NCBI GenBank assembly: GCA_013416795.1
Contig: RQSC01000028.1
Location: 219,365 to 283,364 of the forward strand
Direction of reading: 5' to 3'
Length of the DNA: 64,000 nt
DNA from: Prasinococcaceae sp. CCMP 1430
Lineage: Eukaryota; Plantae; Prasinodermophyta
The stretch's first letter is position 1; the number at the start of each line of letters is the position of its first letter. The notes beneath the pieces were generated by a model. That model was not told the DNA's origin and made no database searches. It saw nothing but the letters and a program-made list of their open reading frames with translations. This document shows positions 52,567 through 63,572 of the stretch, piece after piece. A program made the position numbers and the translations under genes.

Positions 52567-55328
52567 CTATGCGTCGAATATGATGGGCGGCATGTCGGCG
52601 TCGCCGCACCGCGGCCCGGCCTGATCGGGAGGCACGAGGTTGCGTGCCTTGAGCCTCTCGATATCGTCCAGCAGCGACGTGTGCGGCTGCGTGATCTCCA
52701 CGGCCACCTCGAGCGGCGGGCGCTCCGCTTCCAGATTGTCCAACATCCACGTGTGAAAAGCCTCGAGGAACTCGCGTCGTCCGGCGAAGCCCGCGAGGCC
52801 GTACATCTCGCCGTCCGACGGAAAGTCGGGGCCTAGTCCGTCACTTCCATGTTCGTACATTTCGTCCCGCGGGTTCTGGAGCTCGTACGTGAAGAATTCG
52901 TAGGCGCCGAAGCCGTCTGCCTGATGCTTGTTCGCCAGGTGAGTGAAGTAGATCGAGGCTAGGTTCCGCATGCTGGAGGATTGGGTGTTAGTCTCTCTGG
53001 GGTGCATTTGCGGCGCGTGCGTGGCAGTGCGTCGATCGCAGTACGTACCGATATGTAATGTCGAAAACGATGCCGTACGCCTCGTTGTTGTAGCGCGCTT
53101 TGTTGTCGTCGGACAGGCTTTCCCAAACAAAGTCTGGGGGGTCTCCGTACGGTTCGCAGCCCTCCGGGAGGACGTTGCAGGTGGTGGTCATCAGAAGATG
53201 GTTTCGGTACGATCCATCTGCGTTTCTGACCGCCGTGTAAGCCCGATAGGCACTCTGGACAAAGGTGGCCGTGTGCCACTTCTGCTGCTGCGCCTCGGCG
53301 CTCGCCGCGTCGGGGTAGTTGAGGCGCATCCATTCGGGGAAGAGACCGCTCGCAAAGCCCTCTTCCAAGTCTCGATCGACGCGCCAGCCGTTCCACGGCG
53401 CGTACAGCTGCAGCCCTGCGAAGCGCTCGGGAAGTCGCTCGGCGTAACCAGCGTACGTGACATAGCAGATGTGCTCGAGCCACACAGTGCAACACTCGCC
53501 GTCGGTGCCGTGCTCAGCGTACAAGCGCCGCCCGCGTTGGGCGTTCTGGGACAGGTGCAGCATCTCGTGGCAGTGCACGAACTCAGAAAAGCCGCCACCG
53601 TATTGCGGGGTGAAGATGTACTGACCAATCGTCTTCGTATGACTCCCGTCTACGTCCCAGTCCATATCCTCTTCTCGGGTCGTGTAGCGCGCGCCAGGGT
53701 ACAGCTGGCACTGCCCGCTGGGGCCTCCTGCCGATCCGCTCGACCAGCGGTACTGAGTCGACGCGAGCGCGTCGGACGCACCGCACAGCTTGCCGGTGTT
53801 GTCGATGGTCTGCACATAATCGCCATTTTTGGCGTGGTCGGGCAAACCGTGCCAGAAGGAGTGATCGCTGTCATCGTTGGTCCAGCTCTTGAGATCACAT
53901 TTCACGCGCGCGTAGTTCTCCTCGGGACCGCCAAGTTCGAGGACGTACAGCCGGAACAAGAAGTGTCCGCCCATGAGCGTGTGGAAAATGTCGATGTGTG
54001 GCCTCCAGGTCCAGCTGTCGATCGCGCAAATGCCATCCGTCCAAACCTCGTCGTACGCAACCACGAGCTCGCTGGGGTCGAGCGACGAACGCCGCGTCGC
54101 TCGCCTCGCGTATGGCAAGAAGGTGGTGTCCTCCGAGTAGCCGCGGATGCGGGCGCGGTCGTCGGCGTCGGTCGTGCCCCACGCTCCGCCTCTGTCGACG
54201 CCCGCATCGGCGTCGCACGAGGCGAGCACTTGCGCGGGGCATTCGAAGTCAGCGCTAGGCGAACCGCCCGGCAGGCAGAAGGGCGACTCACGGCCGCTGC
54301 TCAGCGTGCACTCCTGCCGCGCGCACACTGGTGGCGGCGCCGGCGGCGATGGGGCCGAGGGCGGCGGCGGCGGTGACGCCTTGGGCGGTGGCGGCGACGG
54401 CGGGACCGTTCGCGGGAGATCCTTCGCGGGCGCGTCGCCCTTGCTGACGCTTTTCTTCTGTTTCTTCTTCTTATTTTTCTTCTGCGTCTTCTTCGCGCTG
54501 GCCTTGAAGGTACACCCGCCCTTGCCCTTCTTCGTCCACACGCACACGCCCTTGCCTTCGCCGTTGGTGCACTTGTGTTTGCTGCCGCTCAGGGCCTTGC
54601 GCAGCTTCTTCGTGGCTTGCAGCATGGACTCCACGGGCGGCGGCGGCGATGGCGGCGGCGGGGACGTTTCCTGCACGACCTTCTTCGCCTTCTTCTCCTT
54701 TTTGGACTTCTTAGACTTCTTGGCCTTCTTGGACTTCTTGGACTTGTCGGCTTTCTTGGACTTCTTGGACTTCTTGGCTTTATCATTGGACTTCTTGGAC
54801 TTCTTGTTCTTCGATTTGCTCTCCTTTTCCTCGGCGTCACCCACCTCGCGCGCGGCGCGCAGCCCACGGCTCGTAGCAGACAGCAGAGACACCGGCTCGG
54901 CCGCAGACAATGCGGCAGCACCTCGATGTCCGCCAAGCGCGCCACGCACGCCGCCCGCGCGCTCAGCGTCGCTCGCGAGCTGCGCTGGAGTGATCTCGCG
55001 CCCTGCGACTGCCGACAAAGCTGCGGGGGCCGCCAGCGCTGCGCAGGTGCGCGCCCAGCCGGCGCAGGGGTCAGAGCCGAGCACCACGCGGCTTCGAAAC
55101 GCGCAGGCGTTCGCACGGTGCAGCGCCGCGCGCCTCACCCGCGACCGCGGCCGTCAGCGCGACCACTTCCAGGGCACGTGGGACGATAGTTGGGAGGAGG
55201 GGGTCAGAGACGCCAGCAAGCCCGGCTGGCGGCGCCCGCGTGGCGCCCGCGCGCGCCGCGGTCGGTTGGTTGGGCGGTTACTCGCCGCAGCAGAGCGCGC
55301 GCAGGCGCCGGCCGGGGAACCAGGGCAT
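52567..55328 (-). CDS. Putative secreted protein: Lys/Ser repeats, Pro-rich linkers, Cys-rich segment and an HExxH metallopeptidase-like domain; exons 55328-55286(?), 55165-55139(?), 55038-53049, 52972-52567
   Basis: HEMLH at 53569-53555 with a downstream EEGFA. Intron 53048-52973 has GTACGT, GACTAAC and CAG. The 5' model yields a signal-peptide-like MPWFPGRRLRALCCVVALTAAVAALAAP. Confidence 0.7.
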
Positions 55329-55626
55329 CGAGTGGGTTTCGTGCGTTTTGGAATTCGGTCGCGCGTTCTGCTCCGGTCATTATGACGGTCGCGCGAAATG
55401 CGGACAGCGCTGTAAACGCTTCCGGCTCGGAAAGTATCCCGCGCCTGTCGGCGTCGCAGCATACGGAAACGCATGCGGCGCGGGCGTCGCGGGCCGGTCC
55501 CAATAGATAGGGTGTCACAAAGCCTAAAGGGCCCTTACTGTGTGTGCGCCCTCGCGGCCGAGCCGACGCGGCGTCGCCTCGCTCGGCATGGCCTTCCCAC
55601 CTCCCCCGCGCATCCTGTCCTACACT

Positions 55627-56739
55627 TCAATGGCCGTCAGAGTATACCACGCGAGTGCTCTTGATGCGAATCCAGTTCTCGCTTTCTTTCACGAACCCCA
55701 GGTCCGGCGAGCCCCCGGGCTGTTCCTTCATGCGCTCCACAGTCGCCGCTGTCGTCGCCCCGCGCGCGCCTGACTCCACGAGCTTGCCAAAGATACCGTC
55801 GGCCTCGGTCGCGGATCCTTGCGAGCCAGGGCCATGATCGCGAGTGTTATTTTTGATGCTGATGTAAAATGCGGGGCCGCCTGGGCGACCGGCGAAGCCG
55901 AGAGTGTTGGCCTCATGCGGGAAGCGGCTGTCGTACTCCTGGAAGGAGAGCCCGCGCTTCTCCGGGCGCAAGAAGGCCTGCAGCACATGCTTTGCGCGGC
56001 GGTGAAAGAAGCCCTCTCTCGCGTCGACAGCGTTGTGAAGAAATATCCAGATTCCGTGAGGCAGCCACGACAGGGGCGCCGACCTGATCCACAGCTTGGC
56101 GGTCTCACTGCCGTGGCCTTCAGCACGCATGGAGGGAGGGAATTCCAGCTCCATCTCGATGAGCAGTCTCTCTTGAGCGTCGAGGAGGTCCCCGTACCGG
56201 CTTTTGACGGCGTCTCGGCAAGCCCGACGAAGCTCCTCGATTTTCCCTCCCGGCCACGGCGCGTCGGGCGCGCTGCCGCCGCCCTTGCGCCACGCGACGA
56301 CGAGTGCCTTGACTTCATCGGCGAGCTCGGCGGCGGTGACATCGTAGGCATCTGCATCCAAGACCTTATCTTTCTCTTCATCCGCCGAATTGAAGGATTC
56401 CGAGTCGTATATAGCCGCATCGGTGCTGTTAGACTGTTCGTAGTCGCTATCGACTTTAGCCATCGACTCTTGGCGGTGCTCTACAAGATGCGTGTGAATG
56501 GCGCGCGAACTCTGACCCGCCCCATCAATCGCCTGCCGGCTCCCGTCGCCACCCATTTTCGTGGCCAGCGCGAGCAGCAGCAGCAGCGTGCCCGCGCCGA
56601 CGAGCGCGCCGAGAGTGCCGACGCGCGGCGCTCCTCGCCTGCTCCCACGCGGGCCGCTGAAAAGCGCGACACGCTCGGCGCCACCAAAACTTGACACTCG
56701 AAGGGTGCCGGCACCAAGGCGTGACCCATCCGACGGCAT
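55627..56739 (-). CDS. Type II membrane protein with a divergent cyclophilin-like domain
   Basis: One N-terminal TM (LGALVGAGTLLLLLALA), then FQEYDSRFPHEANTLGFAGRPGGPAFYISIKNN..HGPG..EADGIFGKLV. Confidence 0.65.
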   Translation of the reverse strand: MPSDGSRLGAGTLRVSSFGGAERVALFSGPRGSRRGAPRVGTLGALVGAGTLLLLLALATKMGGDGSRQAIDGAGQSSRAIHTHLVEHRQESMAKVDSDYEQSNSTDAAIYDSESFNSADEEKDKVLDADAYDVTAAELADEVKALVVAWRKGGGSAPDAPWPGGKIEELRRACRDAVKSRYGDLLDAQERLLIEMELEFPPSMRAEGHGSETAKLWIRSAPLSWLPHGIWIFLHNAVDAREGFFHRRAKHVLQAFLRPEKRGLSFQEYDSRFPHEANTLGFAGRPGGPAFYISIKNNTRDHGPGSQGSATEADGIFGKLVESGARGATTAATVERMKEQPGGSPDLGFVKESENWIRIKSTRVVYSDGH

Positions 56740-57846
56740 GGCCGCCGTGGCAAAGAAGCGGGCGCGCGCGCGGCGAACTCAACGCGTGCCCAAGAGCGGG
56801 CAGCAGCAGCACCCTGCTGCACCGGGCCCACTGGTGTGCAACACGCTGAGGGCTGTTGCGACCGCGACACGCTTGCCGCGCGCTCGCTCGAAGCAGCAGC
56901 GGGCCTGCGAAGCTGTGCCCGATCCCACTCACTCCTCGCCGCCGTGCACCGCGCCCCTCGCCGCGCGGCCACACAAGCTCCGCCGGCGGAGGGTGATGAG
57001 CTCGCGGGGCAGACGCGGGGAGCGCTCCGTCCGTCCGTCCGCTCGGCCGGCCGCAGTGGTCGCCGCGCCGCGCCGCGCGCGGTGTGACGTGCCTTTTCCT
57101 GCGCGCGCGCGCGCGCGCGCGCGCGCAACTCTGCCGGTTTTGCCGCGTTCAACAAAGCGCGCGCCCGCGTCTCCGAAAGCGGATCAAATCCTGGTCTCTT
57201 CACGCCCAATCGCACCCCGCGCCGCCCACTTTTCGACACCGAGACACTCACAAAAGAATCCACCCTGGGCCCACACCTTTCCGCATTCTCCCATTCGATT
57301 GAAGGCCTGCTTCCGAACGACTGGAAAGAGCTTTTTTTGATTTCGATTTGTTGGTGGATGGGCTTTTTCGCCGGGGCGGTCCGCGGGCGGAGAGGTCCGG
57401 GCGAACCTCGCGCGTTTCCCAGACGGGGAATTCGGCGCGCGTCCGGCGAAGTCGAGAAGGGGCCGGAAGCGAGCGCGCGCGGAGTGGGTGCCACACAGCG
57501 CGCGCGCGCTGCTGCCGGCGGCGGCGCCCCCCCCCGTCTGCTCCCCGGCCCGCACGGCGCGACCGGAACCGTGGGGCGAGCTGTTGGGTGAAGGGGGCGC
57601 TGCGGCGGGCGGCGCCCGCAGGGGAGGCAGCGGGGGGCGGGCGGACGGGTGGCGGCCCGCCGCGTTGTCCTTCCCCTGAGAATATTGGCGGGAGAAACGT
57701 GTGCGCGTGGGTGAAGCGGGGTGGGGCGTGGTTGACCGCTCACGGGCTCGCGTGCGCGCCCGGGAAGGGGCGCGCACCGTCGCGCCGCGCGCACCCCGCG
57801 CGCGCTCTTTCTGCCGCAACCGCGGGCGGCGCCAACAACGGCCGCG

Positions 57847-59808
57847 ATGGCCGGCGGCGCGCCGCAGCTGCCGCTGCCGGACTCCTGTCCCGTGCTGCAG
57901 CTCGGATACCCTAGCCCCTGCGTGTTCCACTGGGCGGGCGGCGCTGCGTCCCTCGTGTTCGCGTTCGTGGTGGGCGCGCCGCTCATCTGGAAGTGGCCCA
58001 AGGGCATCGCGTCGCTCGCGCCGGCCGGCCAGGCGCGGCTGTGGGCGTGCGCCATCGCGTGCTCGGTGATATGCGTCGCGCTCTTCACGCGCGTCGTGCT
58101 TGCGGCCGCGGACAAAGGCGGTGGGGGCTTCAGGCTGACGCCGCACAGCGTGTTCTGGCATGTTTCGGCGGCGTTGGCTTACTGGGCGATGGGCCGCACG
58201 CTGCAGCTCCAGCCGCCTGCGGAGGATCCACCAGGGAAGTTCCGGCCCATCGCAATGCGCGTGTGGCTGCTCTTCTCGAGCCTGCTCGCGTGCGCGCAGG
58301 GCGTCGCCGCGGTGCTGGTGCTTGAGGGACGCGACCAGTATAACTTCCCGCGCGGCGAGGTGATGGATGCCGCGCTGGAGTCATTCATGTCGCCCCTGGC
58401 AGCGTCCATCGGATGCTTCGGCCTCGTGACCAATGCGATCTGGCCGGCGCCCGGGGACCTCAGCGAGATGGCGACGCTCGTGGCCGCCACTGGCGGCAAC
58501 GAGCCGTACTGGAACACGCGCCGCGTGGTGCGCTCCGTGTGGTCGTTCCTCGTCGTGCCGGGCACCGTCGTCTTCATGCCGCTCATCATCTGGAAGATGG
58601 TGCAGGCGGAACAGAACGCGGATGTGATCGCGTGGTGGGTTGCCGGTCTGTTCTCCATGCTCGCGCTGCCCATTTCGTTCTACGGCGTGTCCCAGCACCT
58701 TACGAACTGGAGCAAGCCGTGCCAGCAGCGCCACATCGTTCGGCTGCTGTGGATGGTGCCCATATACAGTATCAACGCGTGGTTCGGGTTGCGCTTCCAC
58801 CGCACAGCCATCTACCTCGACACGATCCGCGAGTGCTACGAGGCGTACGTGGTTTACTCCTTCTTCATGTTCCTTGTCAACTACCTGGAGGAGCAGCACG
58901 GCAACGTCGCGGCGCTGCTGGCCACCAAGCGGCCCCAGAACCACTTGTGGCCCATGAACTGGGTGCTGCCGCAGTGGCGCAACGGCACGCCCTTCCTGAA
59001 CAACTGCAAGGCCGGTGTGCTCAACTACGTCGTGGTGCGCCCCACGCTCACGGTGCTGGCGCTCATCCTGCAGGCCTTCGGCGTGTACTCCGAGGGCGAT
59101 CTGTCGCCCGACAAGGGCTACCTGTACATATCGCTCATCTTCAACTTCTCGCAGATGTGGGCGATTTACTGCTTGGTGATGCTCTACTACGCCGTGCGCG
59201 AGGACCTCGCGCCCATCAAACCGATCTCCAAATTCCTCTGCGTGAAGTTGATCGTCTTCTTCACCTGGTGGCAGGGTCTATTCATCTCGATTTTGGAGAG
59301 GGAAGGTCTCCTCAACAAGTTCAACCCGAGCTGGAGCGAGCTCCAGGTGGACACCATCGCCGCTGGGCTGCAGGACTTCATCATCTGCTTCGAGATGTTC
59401 TTTTTCTCGCTCGCGCACGCGTACTCGTTCCCGGCCAAGCCCTACGTGACGGAGCAGCGCGAGGAGCGCACGCTGATGGCATCAATACGTGACATGTTCG
59501 ACGTGCAGGACGTGTACAAGGACCTCCGAGAGGCGCCGCCCGTGCGCGTTGTGGGCGGCATCGCCGACGGCGTGACGCGCGTCGGTAACGAGCTCACCAC
59601 GGGCATCGCCGACACGTCGCGTGCGATGGTGGAGGGCGTCAAGGGCGCGGCGGACAGCTTCGCAACCATGGCCATCCCCAAGTACCGCTCGACGCGCCAC
59701 AAGCAGAAGGGCGAGCTGCCCGAGAAGGAGCGTCTGTTGGACGACTCGCTGTCGGGCGGCTCCGACGGCGACGCTTCTTCCACGCGCTCGTTGAGGAGAG
59801 AAGACTGA
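57847..59808 (+). CDS. TMEM184: TMEM184/OST-alpha (LAZ1-like) family membrane protein with an extra N-terminal membrane region
   Basis: QHL..W..P..QRHIVRLLWMVPIYS, IRECYEAYVVYSF, CKAGVLNYVVVRP, KFLCVKLIVFFTWWQ and LQDFIICFEM. TGTAA at ~59828. Confidence 0.92.
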   Translation: MAGGAPQLPLPDSCPVLQLGYPSPCVFHWAGGAASLVFAFVVGAPLIWKWPKGIASLAPAGQARLWACAIACSVICVALFTRVVLAAADKGGGGFRLTPHSVFWHVSAALAYWAMGRTLQLQPPAEDPPGKFRPIAMRVWLLFSSLLACAQGVAAVLVLEGRDQYNFPRGEVMDAALESFMSPLAASIGCFGLVTNAIWPAPGDLSEMATLVAATGGNEPYWNTRRVVRSVWSFLVVPGTVVFMPLIIWKMVQAEQNADVIAWWVAGLFSMLALPISFYGVSQHLTNWSKPCQQRHIVRLLWMVPIYSINAWFGLRFHRTAIYLDTIRECYEAYVVYSFFMFLVNYLEEQHGNVAALLATKRPQNHLWPMNWVLPQWRNGTPFLNNCKAGVLNYVVVRPTLTVLALILQAFGVYSEGDLSPDKGYLYISLIFNFSQMWAIYCLVMLYYAVREDLAPIKPISKFLCVKLIVFFTWWQGLFISILEREGLLNKFNPSWSELQVDTIAAGLQDFIICFEMFFFSLAHAYSFPAKPYVTEQREERTLMASIRDMFDVQDVYKDLREAPPVRVVGGIADGVTRVGNELTTGIADTSRAMVEGVKGAADSFATMAIPKYRSTRHKQKGELPEKERLLDDSLSGGSDGDASSTRSLRRED

Positions 59809-60002
59809 GGCGCGAGCACAACGTTCCTGTAATAACCCCGACCCCTTTTTTGCCCCGCGCGCACTCTCTCGCGGTGAGCCTCCGTCATGCTGCGCAGAGC
59901 GCGTCCTGCGTTAGACCGAGCTGTAGGATGATGTACTGATACTGTATTAGGCGCAGGCATGCTTCAGCCAGCCCAGCGCATTTATTAGCGAGTTGAACGT
60001 GG

Positions 60003-61241
60003 CTACTGCGTGCCACTTGGCCCGGCACCGCCCCCACTGCCGCCCGCGCCGCCACCGGCCACGGCCGCTAGCGGTGCATCCGCCTCGGCGAGTGCTGCCT
60101 TGCCGTCTGCGTCCGCTACAGCGTCAGCTCCCTCCTCTTCCTCGATGGGCACCTCTTCCTCGAGGATCTCCACCTTTACCGAGCTAGGTAATCCGCCCTG
60201 CAGGATATCTTGCACATCGTTCTGGACAGCACGGATGGTGCGACGGTGGGCGGTGCGCTGCGCGTGCGTCGCATCCGCACCGCCGCCGAGCGCCTTGCGA
60301 AAGCGCCGCCGGCGGATGTTGGTGGTCGCGTTGGTCACACCATGGCGGCACTCGCCGTCCTTGGGCGGATCGGCGCCTGACTCCTGCACTACAATGACCT
60401 GGCCCACGTCGCCGCTCTTGACCAGATCAGCATCGTTGTACGTCTTCCAGGCTTCGACGACGCATGGCAGGTCCTGCAGCGTGGCGGCGTACTCATCCCC
60501 CTCCCACACAAGAGAGCCGTGCGAGGCACCCTCGCCACCGTTCGCGGCGAGCCGCAGCTCGCTGTTCGGCAGCACACGCTCTTGCCCGCCGCGCTCGCTG
60601 AGTGCGGCGTGCGCCTTGGCCGCCAGGGCGGGCGGCAGCCGCAGGACAAATAGCTCCTCGACGCCAGGATCGCCCTGAGTGCCCCGAGGGACACGCGGTG
60701 TGCACGCGCGGCGCACGTTAGAGCGAGCGCCACCATGCCACGCGCCCAACGCACGCTCGCGCACTGTCTTCAGATGCGGTAAAGAACATGGCGCGCGTGC
60801 GCACGCGCGAGTCTCCCTCTGTCACGTGATACATACCTCCTTGAATCCACTGCTCTTCTTCGTTTTCTTCTTGGGTTGCTCCTCCGCGGCCATCGTCCCT
60901 ACCTGGGGCGCGGTCACGGTCACGGCGGGCGCGGTCATCGTCCCAGGCGCGGGTGCCGCTACCGCCGAAGTAGGAGCCACCACTATGGGCGCAGGCGTCC
61001 CCGCCGGGGGCATCACCCCGGCATGCACGGGCGCCGCAGCCACAGGCGCCGTCGTTGCGGCAGCTGGTGCCCCAAGCGCCGCCGCCGGCGCCGCTGCCTC
61101 CGCTGCCTCCACTACCTCCCCCTCTCTCACGCCAGGAGTATCGGCGAGCCGCTGCTCCTGCGGCACCTGCTGTGTCTGCGCCTGCGTCTGCGGGGCAGCC
61201 TCAAGGGCACCGCCTGCCGCAGGCGGCTGTGCGTCCTCCAT
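60003..61241 (-). CDS. TAF7: TFIID subunit TAF7; exons 61241-60837, 60674-60003
   Basis: EELFVLRLP, LQDLPCVVEAWKT..LVKSGDVGQVIVV and HGVT..IRRRRFRK. Phase-0 GTATGT...CAG intron. Confidence 0.9.
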
Positions 61242-61539
61242 ACCTAAGCCTGCGGATGCGGCTGAACACCGCGCTGCGGGCGCAACGCGCGTCCTCAACC
61301 GCACCCCCTTCCCACGCCGATCGGAGTGGTCCGAGGCGGGCTCAGCACATACCCCGCGTCCACCCCTCCCGTGCCTGGCCCCGCGGCCGCGCCTCCGCCG
61401 CGCGCGCTGTGTGGCCGGGCGCGGCGGCGCCTGCGTTTCGGCACGTGTCTTTTTCCCTCATCCAGCGGCAAAAGTTCCGTGGCCGGTGCGGGTTGCGACA
61501 CGCCACACACTGCGGGTGCCGCGCAGCGTGCCCACAGCC

Positions 61540-63412
61540 ATGGCCGGCGGCCGCGGCCGCAGCCGCGGCCGCAGCCATGTGTGGGCGCCACTGCGCGCGC
61601 TCCTCGCAGCGGCGATGCTCGCGGCGCTAGCGAGCGACGGGGGGGGGGGTGCGCGGGCGCGCGGCAGGCAGCATGGCAGGCAGCGTGAGCGTGGCGGTCG
61701 CTGGGGCATTGCCGCCGCCGATGCTTACCTGCTGATCGCGCAGCCCAAGGCGGCCTCCTCGTCGCTGCTGGCGACGCTCGAGGCTGTGTGTGGAAAGGGG
61801 GGGAAGCAGCTGTTTGCCAAGCGTATGGGTGTCACCTCATCGGACACTCGCGCGATGGACGCCGCCGACGCGATGTATGCGCAAGGGCAGCTCACGACGG
61901 AGTTCAAGGAGGCACCCAGTTCCTCATCGGCCAAGTTCAAGCGATTGGTCGCCAACGGCAGCTACCCACCCGTGTACAAGATAGTCGGGTCGTCCGGCGC
62001 GCCATGTCCGCGCGACGACCTCATCCGCGCGACGGGTACCGCTCTCGAGCTGCTTGCCGGTGCCGAGGCCGCCAACGCCCGGTGGATGGCTGCGCATGGG
62101 GGCATCACGGGCTTTGCCCAGATGGATCCCGAGGTCTGCGCCTCCAGCCGCAAGACCTTCAATATCTACGGAAAGGTGGACGGGCCGCACGTGCAGGACC
62201 CCGACTCGTGCTATGGTAACCTCCCGCACTCAGACATGTGGGACGTAGGCCTACCCCTGATGGACCAGTGGACGTCCAAAGACTACATCTACAAGCAGCA
62301 CACCCCGCCGTCGCCGCGCAACACGCGTGCGCTGGAGCGCGTGATGGAGGCACGCGGGGTCGGGGTAGGATTGTTGTTGCGCGACCCGCTGGCCTCATTG
62401 GCCGGCTACGTGCGCACGATGGCCAATGAAAGCTGGTCTCAGCAGGTCGTCGGACGGGACAAGGCTGCCGCGCCGTCGAGGGCAGTGCAGGGCGGTGCCC
62501 GCGCCCACTTGCCAAGACCGATGCGAGCCGCGCGTTCGTCTTATACGACAGCGGCTGCCAGTGGGGGTGCCACCACAAGAGATCAGGGCGAATGCCGCGA
62601 TTTTTCGCGACGCTGCTCGCTTTTTCGTAGCTCGTGCAACGCCACGCAAACACAAGCCTCGGCCACCACAAGCGCCGAAACGGGCAAGCGCATGTACGCC
62701 GAGTACAACTGCCGACGCACATGTGGCTTCTGCACCGACGACGACATGGCGACAGACAATGGCCCGGCAAGACGCGCGCTGTCACGCGTGTCGCGCGTAG
62801 GTGGCCAGGCGTTGGTGCGACCGATGGATCAGCTGGGTCCGGCGCTGCATATGGATACAAGAGTGCGCCGTGAGCTGCTCTCCGACGCCGCCAGCAGCTG
62901 GAAGGGCTCGCGCACCATCTCCGTGTGCCGCTTGGCTAATTCATTGGCCAGTCTCATCCTTTGGAACGAAGGCTGGCAGCGCTTTGCCGAGCGGCATCCA
63001 GATCGGGTATCAATCGTGCGCTATGCAGACATCACCTCGGCGGAGAAGGTGTGGCGCGCACGGGCATGCGGGCTTGCCGCACAGAGGTAGCATCCGCGCA
63101 GCGCGCAGCGGCGCGCGCGCGCCCGCAGTGTGCGTATTCGCACGAGCATTGCTGACACATGCGCACACACAGGGCAACTGCGGCACGTACAAGAATCTGG
63201 TTCAATCGATGGGCATGTCAGAGTGCGCCGAGGGTATCGAGCACAACCGCACGGCCGCGCAGCGCCAAGGGAAGGAGTGCTCGATCGAATTGGAGCGCGA
63301 GCGATATACGGGCGACCACTCGAAGGCATCACTCGCGCTCGTCGCGGCTGCGAGAGATATCGCAGCACAGCAGCACCACCAGCAGCAGCAGCAGGGGCAG
63401 GGGCAGGGATAG
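61540..63412 (+). CDS. Secretory-pathway sulfotransferase-like protein with an inserted ShKT domain; exons 61540-63048, 63173-63412
   Basis: N-terminal hydrophobic anchor, IAQPKAASSSL (5'-PAPS loop), KQH, LLRDPLAS (3'-PB), WNEGW..IVRYADI, and CRDFSRRC..C..MYAEYNCRRTCGFC. Confidence 0.7.
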
Positions 63413-63572
63413 GTGGAGCAGCATAGCCTCAGAGCTCAAAGCCCCAATAACATCACATTCATGCGCATCACAAATGCGTGGCGGCGCCCAGCAGCGCGTT
63501 GAGTTGAGTGCGTGCGTGCGCACCCAGCGGTGCACCCGCGCTACCAGCGGTCTGCGCCATCCACGCGCAACC

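Noticed and set aside
27348-63412. A cell-wall or metabolic gene cluster (UGM, sulfotransferase, secreted protease, decarboxylase, monooxygenase)
   Set aside because: The genes are dispersed among housekeeping genes, with no evidence of co-regulation or a shared pathway.
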